Source: Thermoplasmatota archaeon (GTDB lineage Archaea > Thermoplasmatota > Poseidoniia > Poseidoniales > Thalassarchaeaceae). From it: 12,621 nucleotides of DNA. The notes under the pieces are model-generated. The model made no database searches, was not told the DNA's origin, and saw only the letters and a list, made by a program, of their open reading frames with translations. Below are positions 1 through 6,238 of this stretch, piece by piece. The translations under genes and the position numbers were made by a program. The DNA is taken from positions 1 through 12,621 of the forward strand of contig JAYZLO010000065.1 in NCBI GenBank assembly GCA_036154175.1. The letters are read 5' to 3'. Positions within the stretch are counted from its first letter, which is position 1, and every line of letters starts with the position of its first letter.

Positions 1-117
1 GATATCTAGTAATGTGACAGTGCTAGACTCGCGTATTGGACGAGTTATTTGCTTGATTATTTGAGGGTCCTTTCCTTCACTAAAATTAGGCACACATTCT
101 ATAAGTCGCGCTTCCAT
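1..117 (-). CDS. Glutamate formimidoyltransferase (formiminotransferase N-terminal domain), 5' end only; continues past the window edge
   Basis: Absent from the supplied ORF track (open-ended, 39 codons). The reverse complement of 1..117 starts with ATG (117..115) and reads MEARLIECVPNFSEGKDPQIIKQITRPIRESSTVTLLDI without a stop. The ECVPNFSEGK block is the hallmark N-terminus of formiminotransferases (compare mammalian FTCD ..LVECVPNFSEGK.., recalled from memory). Confidence 0.8.
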   Translation of the reverse strand, partial: MEARLIECVPNFSEGKDPQIIKQITRPIRESSTVTLLDI

Positions 118-154
118 TGTTTAAGGGGAGACACTATTCGTCAAGATATTTTGC

Positions 155-1387
155 TTAGGTATACAGCCCCTCTGGTCCTGAAGACGGTGTGCCTTTCCGC
201 TTTTTCTCTACCTTATTTATCGCATTGATGAAATCTCTCTTGCCTGTTGTTTTTTTACCATCAGAGATAGCTGATATTCCAGCTTCTAGTACTACCGACT
301 TAATTTCTGCGCCACTGAAACCTTCAGTCATAGATGCGAGTAACCTGTTATCAACAACCTTCGAAAGGGGCATCTTCCGAGTATGTACTTCAAAAATTAT
401 CTCTCTTGCTTCTAAGTCAGGGATTGGAATCTCGATAATTCGATCAAATCTACCTGGCCTTAGTAAGGCTGGATCGAGTAACTCGGGCCTATTTGTGGCC
501 GCAATCACCTTAACGTTGTCCAAACTATCAAAGCCATCAATCTCTGAAAGAAGCTGCATTAATGTCCTCTGAACCTCCCTGTCTCCAGAAGTTGCCACAT
601 CAAGCCTTTTTGATCCGATTGAGTCTATCTCATCGATAAAAATGATCGATGGAGCCTTTTGCCTGGCCATCTCAAATAACTCTCTTACCATCCTTCCCCC
701 TTCCCCGATGTATTTTTGGGCCAACTCAGCACCAACTAATCCAAGAAACGTAGCACTAGTGGAGTTAGCGACAGCCCTTGCAAGCATTGTCTTACCCGTT
801 CCAGGGGGCCCCGTTAACAGAATGCCCTTCGGTGGTTCAATTCCGAATTCTTTGAAGGCATCTGGATTTTCGAATGGAAGTTCAATAGCCTCCCGAATAT
901 CTGAAATCTGTTCGTCCAAACCCCCAATAGATGAATACTCAACGTTAGGTGCTTCTATCATCTCTGAATTACTAACTAACGGGTCCCAAGAGTCAGATAG
1001 TATTTCAACGACCGAAAGTGTATCTTGATTTAGTGCAACCCTCGATCCAGGTTTTATTTTCGTTGTATCAAGTCTACGATTAACTGAAACGAGGAAGACT
1101 GTACCATTTGAACTTCTTACTATGGCCTGTTCATTGCTATAATCTTGGACGTATCCTACAATTAAAGGTGGATTCTTGATATTGCTCAATTCCTCCTCTA
1201 GCCGGCTAGCCCTTTTTTTCATCTGAGCGAATTCATTTTCGATAAATAATTTCTCCGTGAGTAATTGATGAGCCTTATCTGAAAGATCTTGAAAATCTTT
1301 GGAGAGTCTATCCAATGCTTCCTTATTGGGATTCAATTTTTCTAAGGTTTCGGAGGGTGTACTCTGATCATCGGCTTCACTCGCCAT
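155..1387 (-). CDS. pan: Proteasome-activating nucleotidase (PAN; archaeal Rpt-like AAA+ ATPase)
   Basis: N-terminal heptad-rich coiled coil, then an OB-like segment (VGYVQDY..AIVRSSNGTVFLVSV). The AAA+ module has Walker A GPPGTGKT, Walker B IIFIDEID and ATNRPELLDPALLRPGRFDR. The C-terminus ..GLYT fits the HbYX (hydrophobic-Tyr-X) proteasome-docking motif. The track start is GTG at 1396; ATG at 1387 (MASEADDQ..) is preferred. Confidence 0.95.
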   Translation of the reverse strand: MASEADDQSTPSETLEKLNPNKEALDRLSKDFQDLSDKAHQLLTEKLFIENEFAQMKKRASRLEEELSNIKNPPLIVGYVQDYSNEQAIVRSSNGTVFLVSVNRRLDTTKIKPGSRVALNQDTLSVVEILSDSWDPLVSNSEMIEAPNVEYSSIGGLDEQISDIREAIELPFENPDAFKEFGIEPPKGILLTGPPGTGKTMLARAVANSTSATFLGLVGAELAQKYIGEGGRMVRELFEMARQKAPSIIFIDEIDSIGSKRLDVATSGDREVQRTLMQLLSEIDGFDSLDNVKVIAATNRPELLDPALLRPGRFDRIIEIPIPDLEAREIIFEVHTRKMPLSKVVDNRLLASMTEGFSGAEIKSVVLEAGISAISDGKKTTGKRDFINAINKVEKKRKGTPSSGPEGLYT

Positions 1388-1414
1388 ATACACCACAGCA
1401 AATGGATACTTATG
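1385..1414. promoter_or_regulatory. Candidate interlocked divergent promoters for pan and mbf1 (A/T-rich TATA-like elements overlapping each other's start codons)
   Basis: Only 24 nt separate the pan ATG (1387..1385) from the mbf1 ATG (1412..1414). Plus-strand CATATACA (1385..1392) lies about 23 nt upstream of the mbf1 ATG. Minus-strand ATAAGTAT (1413..1406) lies about 22 nt upstream of the pan ATG. Neither gene has a Shine-Dalgarno match, which fits leaderless mRNAs. The elements are weak TATA matches. Confidence 0.3.
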
Positions 1415-2023
1415 ACCTCTGCGAAGGACTATGACAGTGTTTTCACTGCGAAATGTATGGGCGCATGCGAGTTATGTGGAAAAGAGGGTGTTTCCACAAA
1501 GAAAGCAACCGTATCTTCTGCCCTATTGGAATGTTGTAACCATTGTATTGTTTCTCTAGGACTGGTTGTAGAGAGGGAGAGGGTTGATTTGGTCTTTGAA
1601 AATACGAACAAGAGCCAAGTTATCGGAAGGGGAGTAAGAGGAGTTGACATAATGTCAAATGATAAAACGGAGTTAGCTTATGATTTTCACTCCAGAATTA
1701 GAGATGCTAGGATACGAGAGGGTCTTTCTCAAGTTGACCTGGCTAAGAGGATGAACGAAAAAATAGGAGTTATCCAAAAGGCGGAAAATGGGATTCGTCC
1801 TACTGATTCGCTAATTGCTAAGTTCAGTAAAACACTTTCAGTTGAGTTATATGTAGAGAAAATTCCTAACAATCACAGAATGGTGGAAAAAATAGATGAC
1901 AGAGTATTGACAATTTCTGACGTTAAGGACCAGGATATTCAGCAATCTTCCGATAGGAGGGTTAAGAAAAAAGGAAGACGTTTGGGCGTTTCTAGGTCTG
2001 GTTCTAGAACAAGGAGAAAATAA
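1412..2023 (+). CDS. mbf1: Archaeal multiprotein bridging factor 1 (aMBF1): N-terminal zinc ribbon + cro/C1 (XRE) HTH, with an extra Arg/Lys-rich C-terminal tail
   Basis: C4 zinc ribbon (CELCG ... CCNHC) followed by an HTH (IRDARIREGLSQVDLAKRMNEKIGVIQKAENGIRP). This is the archaeal MBF1 architecture. The LTISDV segment resembles the conserved aMBF1 C-terminal motif (from memory). An alternative start ATG at 1457 (MGACELCG..) is possible. Confidence 0.8.
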   Translation: MTSAKDYDSVFTAKCMGACELCGKEGVSTKKATVSSALLECCNHCIVSLGLVVERERVDLVFENTNKSQVIGRGVRGVDIMSNDKTELAYDFHSRIRDARIREGLSQVDLAKRMNEKIGVIQKAENGIRPTDSLIAKFSKTLSVELYVEKIPNNHRMVEKIDDRVLTISDVKDQDIQQSSDRRVKKKGRRLGVSRSGSRTRRK

Positions 2024-2024
2024 A

Positions 2025-2552
2025 GTGTTGGAAGTACCTTTGCATGTCATTCACCTTGACCAAGACGATCCAAGAAAATGTACTGCCAGGAAAATTTGTT
2101 CATTAGGGCTAGCGAAATTGCATGACTCAGCGATTAGCGCCCCAAGGCGAGGGTTTCTCTTGGATCCGGAGTCAGATGTAGTTATCGGCCCTGAGGATAG
2201 GCCACTGACAAAGATGGGTGGATCTTTGGTAGCACTGGACTGCTCGTGGAAGAAAATTAATGATTCATTGTTAGAGATTGAGGGGAGGACTAGGTTACAA
2301 TCCAGAAAACTACCAAAACTCCTACCGGCCAACTCAGTTTCGTGGGGCAAGGTTGGAAGACTATCTTCAGTAGAGGCTCTGGCTGCTTCCCTATGCATTC
2401 TTGGTTACAGAGAGCAGGCAGAGATATTGCTTGAGAAATTTCAGTTCGGAGAGCAATTTCTTCAGTTGAATAGGGAGCCATTGTTAGAATACTCTCATGC
2501 AGAAACAAGGGAACACATGGGTATTATCGAAAACCGATTTTTCGATGATTGA
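2025..2552 (+). CDS. tsr3: Tsr3-type SSU rRNA aminocarboxypropyltransferase (DUF367 family)
   Basis: The GTG start lies 8 nt after AAGGAG (2011..2016) and 1 nt after the mbf1 stop. It aligns along its length to yeast Tsr3 as I recall it: DDPRKCTARKI (cf. CDPKRCSGKKL), LDCSW (cf. ECSW), LLPANSVSWGKVGRLSSVEALAASLCILG (cf. [29 protein letters not shown]), FQFGEQFLQLNREPLLEY (cf. FSWGMGFLELNKELLEIY). Confidence 0.9.
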   Translation: MLEVPLHVIHLDQDDPRKCTARKICSLGLAKLHDSAISAPRRGFLLDPESDVVIGPEDRPLTKMGGSLVALDCSWKKINDSLLEIEGRTRLQSRKLPKLLPANSVSWGKVGRLSSVEALAASLCILGYREQAEILLEKFQFGEQFLQLNREPLLEYSHAETREHMGIIENRFFDD

Positions 2553-2558
2553 ATGTTG

Positions 2559-2588
2559 CCCGATTGGCCAGATACCCGGCCAATCGGG
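2559..2588. terminator. Perfect 11-bp-stem hairpin between the convergent tsr3 and rhodopsin genes (possible bidirectional terminator or RNA-stability element)
   Basis: cccgattggcc (2559..2569) and ggccaatcggg (2578..2588) are exact reverse complements around the 8-nt loop agataccc. The hairpin sits in the 69-nt gap between the two stop codons (2552 and 2622). No long oligo-T run follows on either strand, so the terminator role is uncertain. Confidence 0.35.
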
Positions 2589-2621
2589 TTACGTATTTCC
2601 GTCAGTAGAATAATCTCTTAT

Positions 2622-3446
2622 TCAAGAGTCCATCTTGGCTGCGTACCAGACCATCATACCGAATGCGGTCTTGTTTACTAAGTCAGCTATGTTGTAGAGG
2701 ATGTTCATGTCATCCGTACCCATTCCGCCGATCATATCGTTACCCATCATGTATCCGAGTGGGTAAATTGCCCATCCTACAGTAACGATCCATCTCATAG
2801 CCTCGAATGCGAACTGAACCCCATCGCTACCGGATTCTGAAGCAGCCTTAACGTCGCCTTGCCATAGGGCATACAGGATGTAACCCCATCCTGCCATACC
2901 GATGGCGAACCAGATCTCGGTGCTTGCGTCTCCGAAGAGCTCCCATGCGCCTGACTCGCCGAAGAATCCGGCTACGAGCATGACAATTGATGCTCCCATG
3001 AGGTTCCTGAACATGGCGAAGGTTGCGGCTCCGATAGCAGCCATAATGAGGTAGAATTCTACTACCTGCAGAGGGACGGTTATCAGCCAGTCTATGTATC
3101 TGTAGACCAATGGCGATCCAACTGCCCCCTCAACGCCGTATGAGTCTGCCCATACTTCCCTCATGTAGGTGTAGTGGTACCATGCGATACCGGTGACCAG
3201 TGCGGCCACGGTCATCGACGTCTTCCATTTGTCATCTACGTTCTGCCTTTCTACAAGGAAGAACACAGTTGATGCCAGCATCATCGCCGTAGCGAGCCAA
3301 AAGCTGATCCCAACGTAGTCATCCGTTGCAAGGGCAGTTGTCTCAGCGGCTACAGTTGGTAGAGCAACCACTGCTAGAGCAATTGCGGCACCAATAGACG
3401 CGCCTCTCGTTATTCCCTTTTTGTTTCCATATGGGGCTAAATCCAT
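2622..3446 (-). CDS. Proteorhodopsin-type light-driven proton pump (DTE motif, Gln at spectral-tuning position)
   Basis: 274 aa, alignable end to end with green proteorhodopsin as recalled: SFWLATAMMLASTVFFLVER, KWKTSMTV, WYHYTYMR (His75 equivalent). Helix C RYIDWLITVPLQVVEFY gives D119/T123/E130, equivalent to D97/T101/E108. Q127 (codon CAG, 3066..3068) is the L/Q105 tuning site. The retinal Schiff-base Lys lies in YNIADLVNKTAFG (K259, codon AAG 2670..2672). The N-terminus looks like a signal peptide (KKGITRGASIGAAIALAVVALPTVAAE). Confidence 0.95.
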   Translation of the reverse strand: MDLAPYGNKKGITRGASIGAAIALAVVALPTVAAETTALATDDYVGISFWLATAMMLASTVFFLVERQNVDDKWKTSMTVAALVTGIAWYHYTYMREVWADSYGVEGAVGSPLVYRYIDWLITVPLQVVEFYLIMAAIGAATFAMFRNLMGASIVMLVAGFFGESGAWELFGDASTEIWFAIGMAGWGYILYALWQGDVKAASESGSDGVQFAFEAMRWIVTVGWAIYPLGYMMGNDMIGGMGTDDMNILYNIADLVNKTAFGMMVWYAAKMDS

Positions 3447-3468
3447 ACTGTCTGCCCTGAATTTGTTC

Positions 3469-3478
3469 TTATATATTC
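3469..3478 (-). promoter_or_regulatory. TATA box of the rhodopsin gene
   Basis: The minus strand reads AATATATAA, centred about 27 nt upstream of the rhodopsin ATG (3446). This matches the archaeal TATA-to-TSS spacing for a leaderless or near-leaderless mRNA. It is the best TATA match in the window. Confidence 0.5.
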
Positions 3479-3539
3479 TAAGGTAACTTTTCTACACTAA
3501 GATGACAATTTGGCATAATTTACTATCATGCGGCGATGT

Positions 3540-3932
3540 TCATGAATCAGTAGAATAATCCGTCACTCTGACTCCAAGCCCGCCGATTTTGGAATCTCTG
3601 AGCATAATTTTATCCATCTTTTTGTGGAACTCGCCTTCAAGATCTATATCCATTGCTAGAGAATGGCCGAGCAATAGAATGAGTAAATCGGCTAGTTCCT
3701 CTGCGATTTGCTTTTTGGGCATACCTTTTGTTATTGCAGCAGAAAGCTCTCCAAGTTCTTCCACTGTAAGGGCTATTCTGTAACCCATATCGTGTCCTCG
3801 GCTTTCTTTGGAAGCAAAGGAGTGCTTGTTATGGAAGGAAGCCACTCTAGACATCATTGTTGACCATTGGTCATCTGGAAGATTGTTTTCTTCCAAAGAA
3901 ATCCAATCTTCCAAACTAATTCTTCTCGGCAT
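3540..3932 (-). CDS. MazG-like all-alpha nucleoside triphosphate pyrophosphohydrolase
   Basis: 130 aa with the MazG/NTP-PPase signature helices: LTVEELGELSAAI (EExGE) and IAEELADLLILLLGHSLAMDIDLE (EELADxL ... D), then KKMDKIMLR. Substrate is not determinable. Confidence 0.7.
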   Translation of the reverse strand: MPRRISLEDWISLEENNLPDDQWSTMMSRVASFHNKHSFASKESRGHDMGYRIALTVEELGELSAAITKGMPKKQIAEELADLLILLLGHSLAMDIDLEGEFHKKMDKIMLRDSKIGGLGVRVTDYSTDS

Positions 3933-3967
3933 ATTTAATTCGAAGAATAGTGGGACAAAAGTAATTT

Positions 3968-4732
3968 CTACTGGTTCATTCTATTGAGTAACTCAATTAT
4001 GCATTTTGAGATGATTTTTCTTGTCTCTGACGCTATCTTTGACACCCCCTCATGATCAATTGTTGAATTAGGATTTTCAGGATTCCTCCCAGCGGCCCAA
4101 TTTGAGGAACAAACTAATGAAATGTGAGGAGTATCCAGCTCGGAGATCAAGCGTTGTTCTGGACCTAGTGTCATCCCTACAACCTGGGCCCCTAACTTCT
4201 CGAGTGCATCTATTTCGGAAGGGCTCTCGAATTGGGGGCCGACGCATTGGGCTACAACCAACATATTTGGAGCAGAACCCTGCTCAATGGTTAATACGTC
4301 TACGCAAATAGATGATGAGTAACTGTCGAACATCAAGGATCGATCAGAATGTTTTGCATCTAAATCGTGGAATGTCCATGGAGAAGTCGTAAGATCTAGG
4401 ATATCTCCAGCTAATCCGACTTGGCCGGGTGGCAGCTCGTCAACCATTGTTCCAACTGAATTAATACTGATAATTAGGTCAGGATTTACTGAATCTGCGG
4501 AATGGACGTTTGCTCGATGTTCAATCATATGTGGAGGAGTTCGATTTGTCCCATCTGAATGGTGTCTATCTATTACAATGATTTCTCCATAATCCGTAGA
4601 TAAAAGCGAAATAGGAACTTGCCCCCAAGGGGTGTCAATATGAATTACTTCGGATTCAGAGGGGCAAAAAGAAGCTAATGTTTCTGGGAATGAGCTCATT
4701 CCTGTCCCGCAAATCACCGCTATACGGGGCAA
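3968..4732 (-). CDS. Purine nucleoside / 5'-methylthioadenosine phosphorylase family protein (MTAP-like)
   Basis: The TTG start lies 7 nt after AAGGAG (4745..4740), and that SD abuts the eS1 stop TGA (4739..4737). Motifs: IAVICGTG (cf. IGIIGGSG), DRHH..TPPHMIEHRANV (cf. RHG.GH..PP..VNYRAN), VGMTLGPE (cf. VGMT..PE). Specificity (MTA versus inosine/guanosine) cannot be called. Confidence 0.7.
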   Translation of the reverse strand: MPRIAVICGTGMSSFPETLASFCPSESEVIHIDTPWGQVPISLLSTDYGEIIVIDRHHSDGTNRTPPHMIEHRANVHSADSVNPDLIISINSVGTMVDELPPGQVGLAGDILDLTTSPWTFHDLDAKHSDRSLMFDSYSSSICVDVLTIEQGSAPNMLVVAQCVGPQFESPSEIDALEKLGAQVVGMTLGPEQRLISELDTPHISLVCSSNWAAGRNPENPNSTIDHEGVSKIASETRKIISKCIIELLNRMNQ

Positions 4733-4736
4733 TTGC

Positions 4737-5636
4737 TCACTCCTTAAGTCTTGAAATTAGTTCGGACTTTTTCCCAGAAACTGGTTTCCCTGATTCTTTC
4801 AGGAGCTCTTTCAACTCGGGAACTGTCATAGAATCATAGTCAAGGGAGTCGTCCTTCGACTCTTCGGATTCAGGTTCAGTGTCTTCATTATTTTGCTTTG
4901 GAACTTCCACACCTGTCTCTGATTCTTCATTGAGATCAGATTCATCAGAAGCCTCATTTTGATCTTCCAATTTCTCCTTAGATTCTTGTTCTTCCTTTTT
5001 TATGTCTTCCAATGTCGGGCCATCATCTACAATGACTCCATCTTGAATGAGCTGGCTGCGCCTGAAGAAAACAGAGCGAACGGGCTGAATCTTGGTTATC
5101 TCTTTAGTAACAGCTTCTTCTAAAGAACCATCCATCAGAGCCTTTTGGACAGAAATCCAAGTTGATTTAGCGCAGAATTGTATTACTACGTTCCTAGCAG
5201 CACTTCTTGTTTCCTGCTTCTGGCTCGCTTTGACTCTTGATCTAGTAACGATAAATGGTTTTATTCTGATAAAGAAGCCGTCCTCAGTAACTACATCAAT
5301 GGTGTCGTCAATCTTTCCTCGATCCCTCCTGATCTGCCTCCTGACAAAATCCTTCATTACATCATGGCCAATGAATTCAGTGAGTGCGTCATTGCCAATT
5401 ACTTCCTTCACTCGAAATTTGATCTTAACATGCATTTTAGTGAAGTCACCATCTAGTTCATTTTGCATGATTTCGTAAGGCCGGCCCAAAATCATGGATT
5501 CCTCCTCGGCGAGAGTCTCCCCGATCACTTTGAAGGACCATGGGTTTCTAGGCGCTCTAATTGAAGACCAGCGCTTCGCCTTCCACTTATCTTTCTGCCT
5601 TCTCGCAGCTGCCCTGGCTGATGCTCCCTTTGCCAT
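4737..5636 (-). CDS. rps3ae: 30S ribosomal protein eS1 (S3Ae) with an acidic low-complexity linker and C-terminal SAP-like domain
   Basis: Residues 1-~205 match eS1 (KDKWKAKRW..IRAP, IGETLA, GRPYEI..L.GDF, F.GH...DF.RRQIRR, DGFFIRIKPF..T). AAGGAG (5650..5645) lies 8 nt upstream of the ATG. Residues ~206-269 are D/E/S-rich. The last 30 residues, MTVPELKELLKESGKPVSGKKSELISRLKE, fit the SAP helix-loop-helix consensus. Confidence 0.9.
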   Translation of the reverse strand: MAKGASARAAARRQKDKWKAKRWSSIRAPRNPWSFKVIGETLAEEESMILGRPYEIMQNELDGDFTKMHVKIKFRVKEVIGNDALTEFIGHDVMKDFVRRQIRRDRGKIDDTIDVVTEDGFFIRIKPFIVTRSRVKASQKQETRSAARNVVIQFCAKSTWISVQKALMDGSLEEAVTKEITKIQPVRSVFFRRSQLIQDGVIVDDGPTLEDIKKEEQESKEKLEDQNEASDESDLNEESETGVEVPKQNNEDTEPESEESKDDSLDYDSMTVPELKELLKESGKPVSGKKSELISRLKE

Positions 5637-5735
5637 TGTATTGACTCCTTATAATTCGGGGGCTGCCCCGTTCGCGAACCGTCCGACCTAGAACCAGTAT
5701 TTGAACGGAATGTAACCAATAGAAAGCGTATAGGG

Positions 5736-5782
5736 GTGCAATTGAATACATATGAATTGAACGAATACATATGGGATTGCAC
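5736..5782. repeat. Imperfect tandem duplication (15 nt + 19 nt) flanked by a 7-bp inverted repeat, overlapping the start of the 5771 ORF
   Basis: Copy 1 is aattgaatacatatg (5740..5754). Copy 2 is aattgaaCGAAtacatatg (5755..5773), identical apart from a 4-nt insertion. The flanks gtgcaat (5736..5742) and attgcac (5776..5782) are exact reverse complements. Confidence 0.6.
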
Positions 5783-6199
5783 GGAGGAATGTGGAGAGTT
5801 CACTCTAGTGCTGTAGATGATACAGAAATTATCCTCGAGTCACTTAGTTGGCTATGTGGCGACGAAGCCCAAGTCCGTATGTTTAATGATAAATCTTCAA
5901 TAGGGGCTAAAATGTGTATTTTCGAATGTAAAATGAAATCTAAACAGGCCAAAGAATCTCTGAGGAGAATAGATCCAGAATCGATAAAAAAAATAATGCG
6001 GGATGATCTAGAGTCTAGGATAGATGGAGGAAAAAATCTGCATATCAGATTAGATTTAAGCAAGCTAGTGAGTGGAGAGGGGAAATTATGTGAGTATTCC
6101 CATCCCTCTGTGGTGAAGGGGAAATTCAAGCTTGAGGTTTATCCTGGCCAGGAAGAAACTGAAGTAGCAATGGAGTTGCTGTCTTCTGTCTTAAACTAA
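5771..6199 (+). CDS. Small conserved-looking protein, possibly UPF0201/DUF54 (COG1931) predicted RNA-binding protein
   Basis: 142-aa ORF with protein-like composition, divergent from rps3ae. The weak layout resemblance to archaeal UPF0201 proteins is recalled from memory only: an N-terminal strand + ..DDTE..LESLSWL (cf. PTEDeeKV..AL.NLF) and a later LDLSKLVSGEGKL (cf. LNKQAA..GKv). The start could instead be ATG 5789. Confidence 0.45.
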   Translation: MGLHGGMWRVHSSAVDDTEIILESLSWLCGDEAQVRMFNDKSSIGAKMCIFECKMKSKQAKESLRRIDPESIKKIMRDDLESRIDGGKNLHIRLDLSKLVSGEGKLCEYSHPSVVKGKFKLEVYPGQEETEVAMELLSSVLN

Positions 6200-6238
6200 A
6201 CTAATATTCATATGCAAGTTACCCCCCAGCTCAGGGTA

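Noticed and set aside
189-1028. Plus-strand ORFs of 127 and 128 aa inside the pan gene
   Set aside because: They lie entirely antisense to a strongly supported AAA+ ATPase gene. They have the S/L/P/I-rich low-information composition typical of shadow frames, and no motif was recognised.
1429-2508. Minus-strand ORFs (73, 67, 115 and 72 aa) antisense to mbf1 and tsr3
   Set aside because: They are shadow frames of well-supported genes. Composition is biased (S/T/P/L-rich), no SD or TATA context is present, and some overlap each other.
2622-3446. Rhodopsin gene as a GC-rich island indicating recent horizontal transfer
   Set aside because: Spot counts within the gene were 35/60, 33/60 and 28/60 GC. 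Lines within tsr3 (32/60), pdxS (31/60) and pan (33/60) are similar. The elevation therefore tracks conserved or highly expressed genes generally and is not specific evidence of foreign origin. A proper sliding-window GC and codon analysis is needed.
3540-3932. MazG-like gene as part of a toxin-antitoxin or anti-phage module
   Set aside because: No partner toxin/antitoxin, nuclease or other defence-type gene is adjacent. It sits between rhodopsin and nucleoside phosphorylase genes and looks like a stand-alone housekeeping NTP pyrophosphohydrolase.
3589-4311. Plus-strand ORFs of 64 and 69 aa antisense to the MazG-like and MTAP-like genes
   Set aside because: They are short, overlap recognisable family members on the opposite strand, and have no recognisable motifs.
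5657-5680. tRNA-like T-arm impression from ccccgttcgcgaacc
   Set aside because: It is a simple 10-nt palindrome next to a GC hairpin. No acceptor stem, anticodon arm or GTTCRANNC T-loop could be assembled on either strand.
5092-6129. ORFs 5092..5478 (+), 5494..5691 (+), 5525..5803 (-) and 5800..6129 (-)
   Set aside because: They are antisense or out-of-frame overlaps with rps3ae and the 5771 ORF. The two that cross the 5637..5770 spacer would leave no room for the SD and promoter elements seen there.
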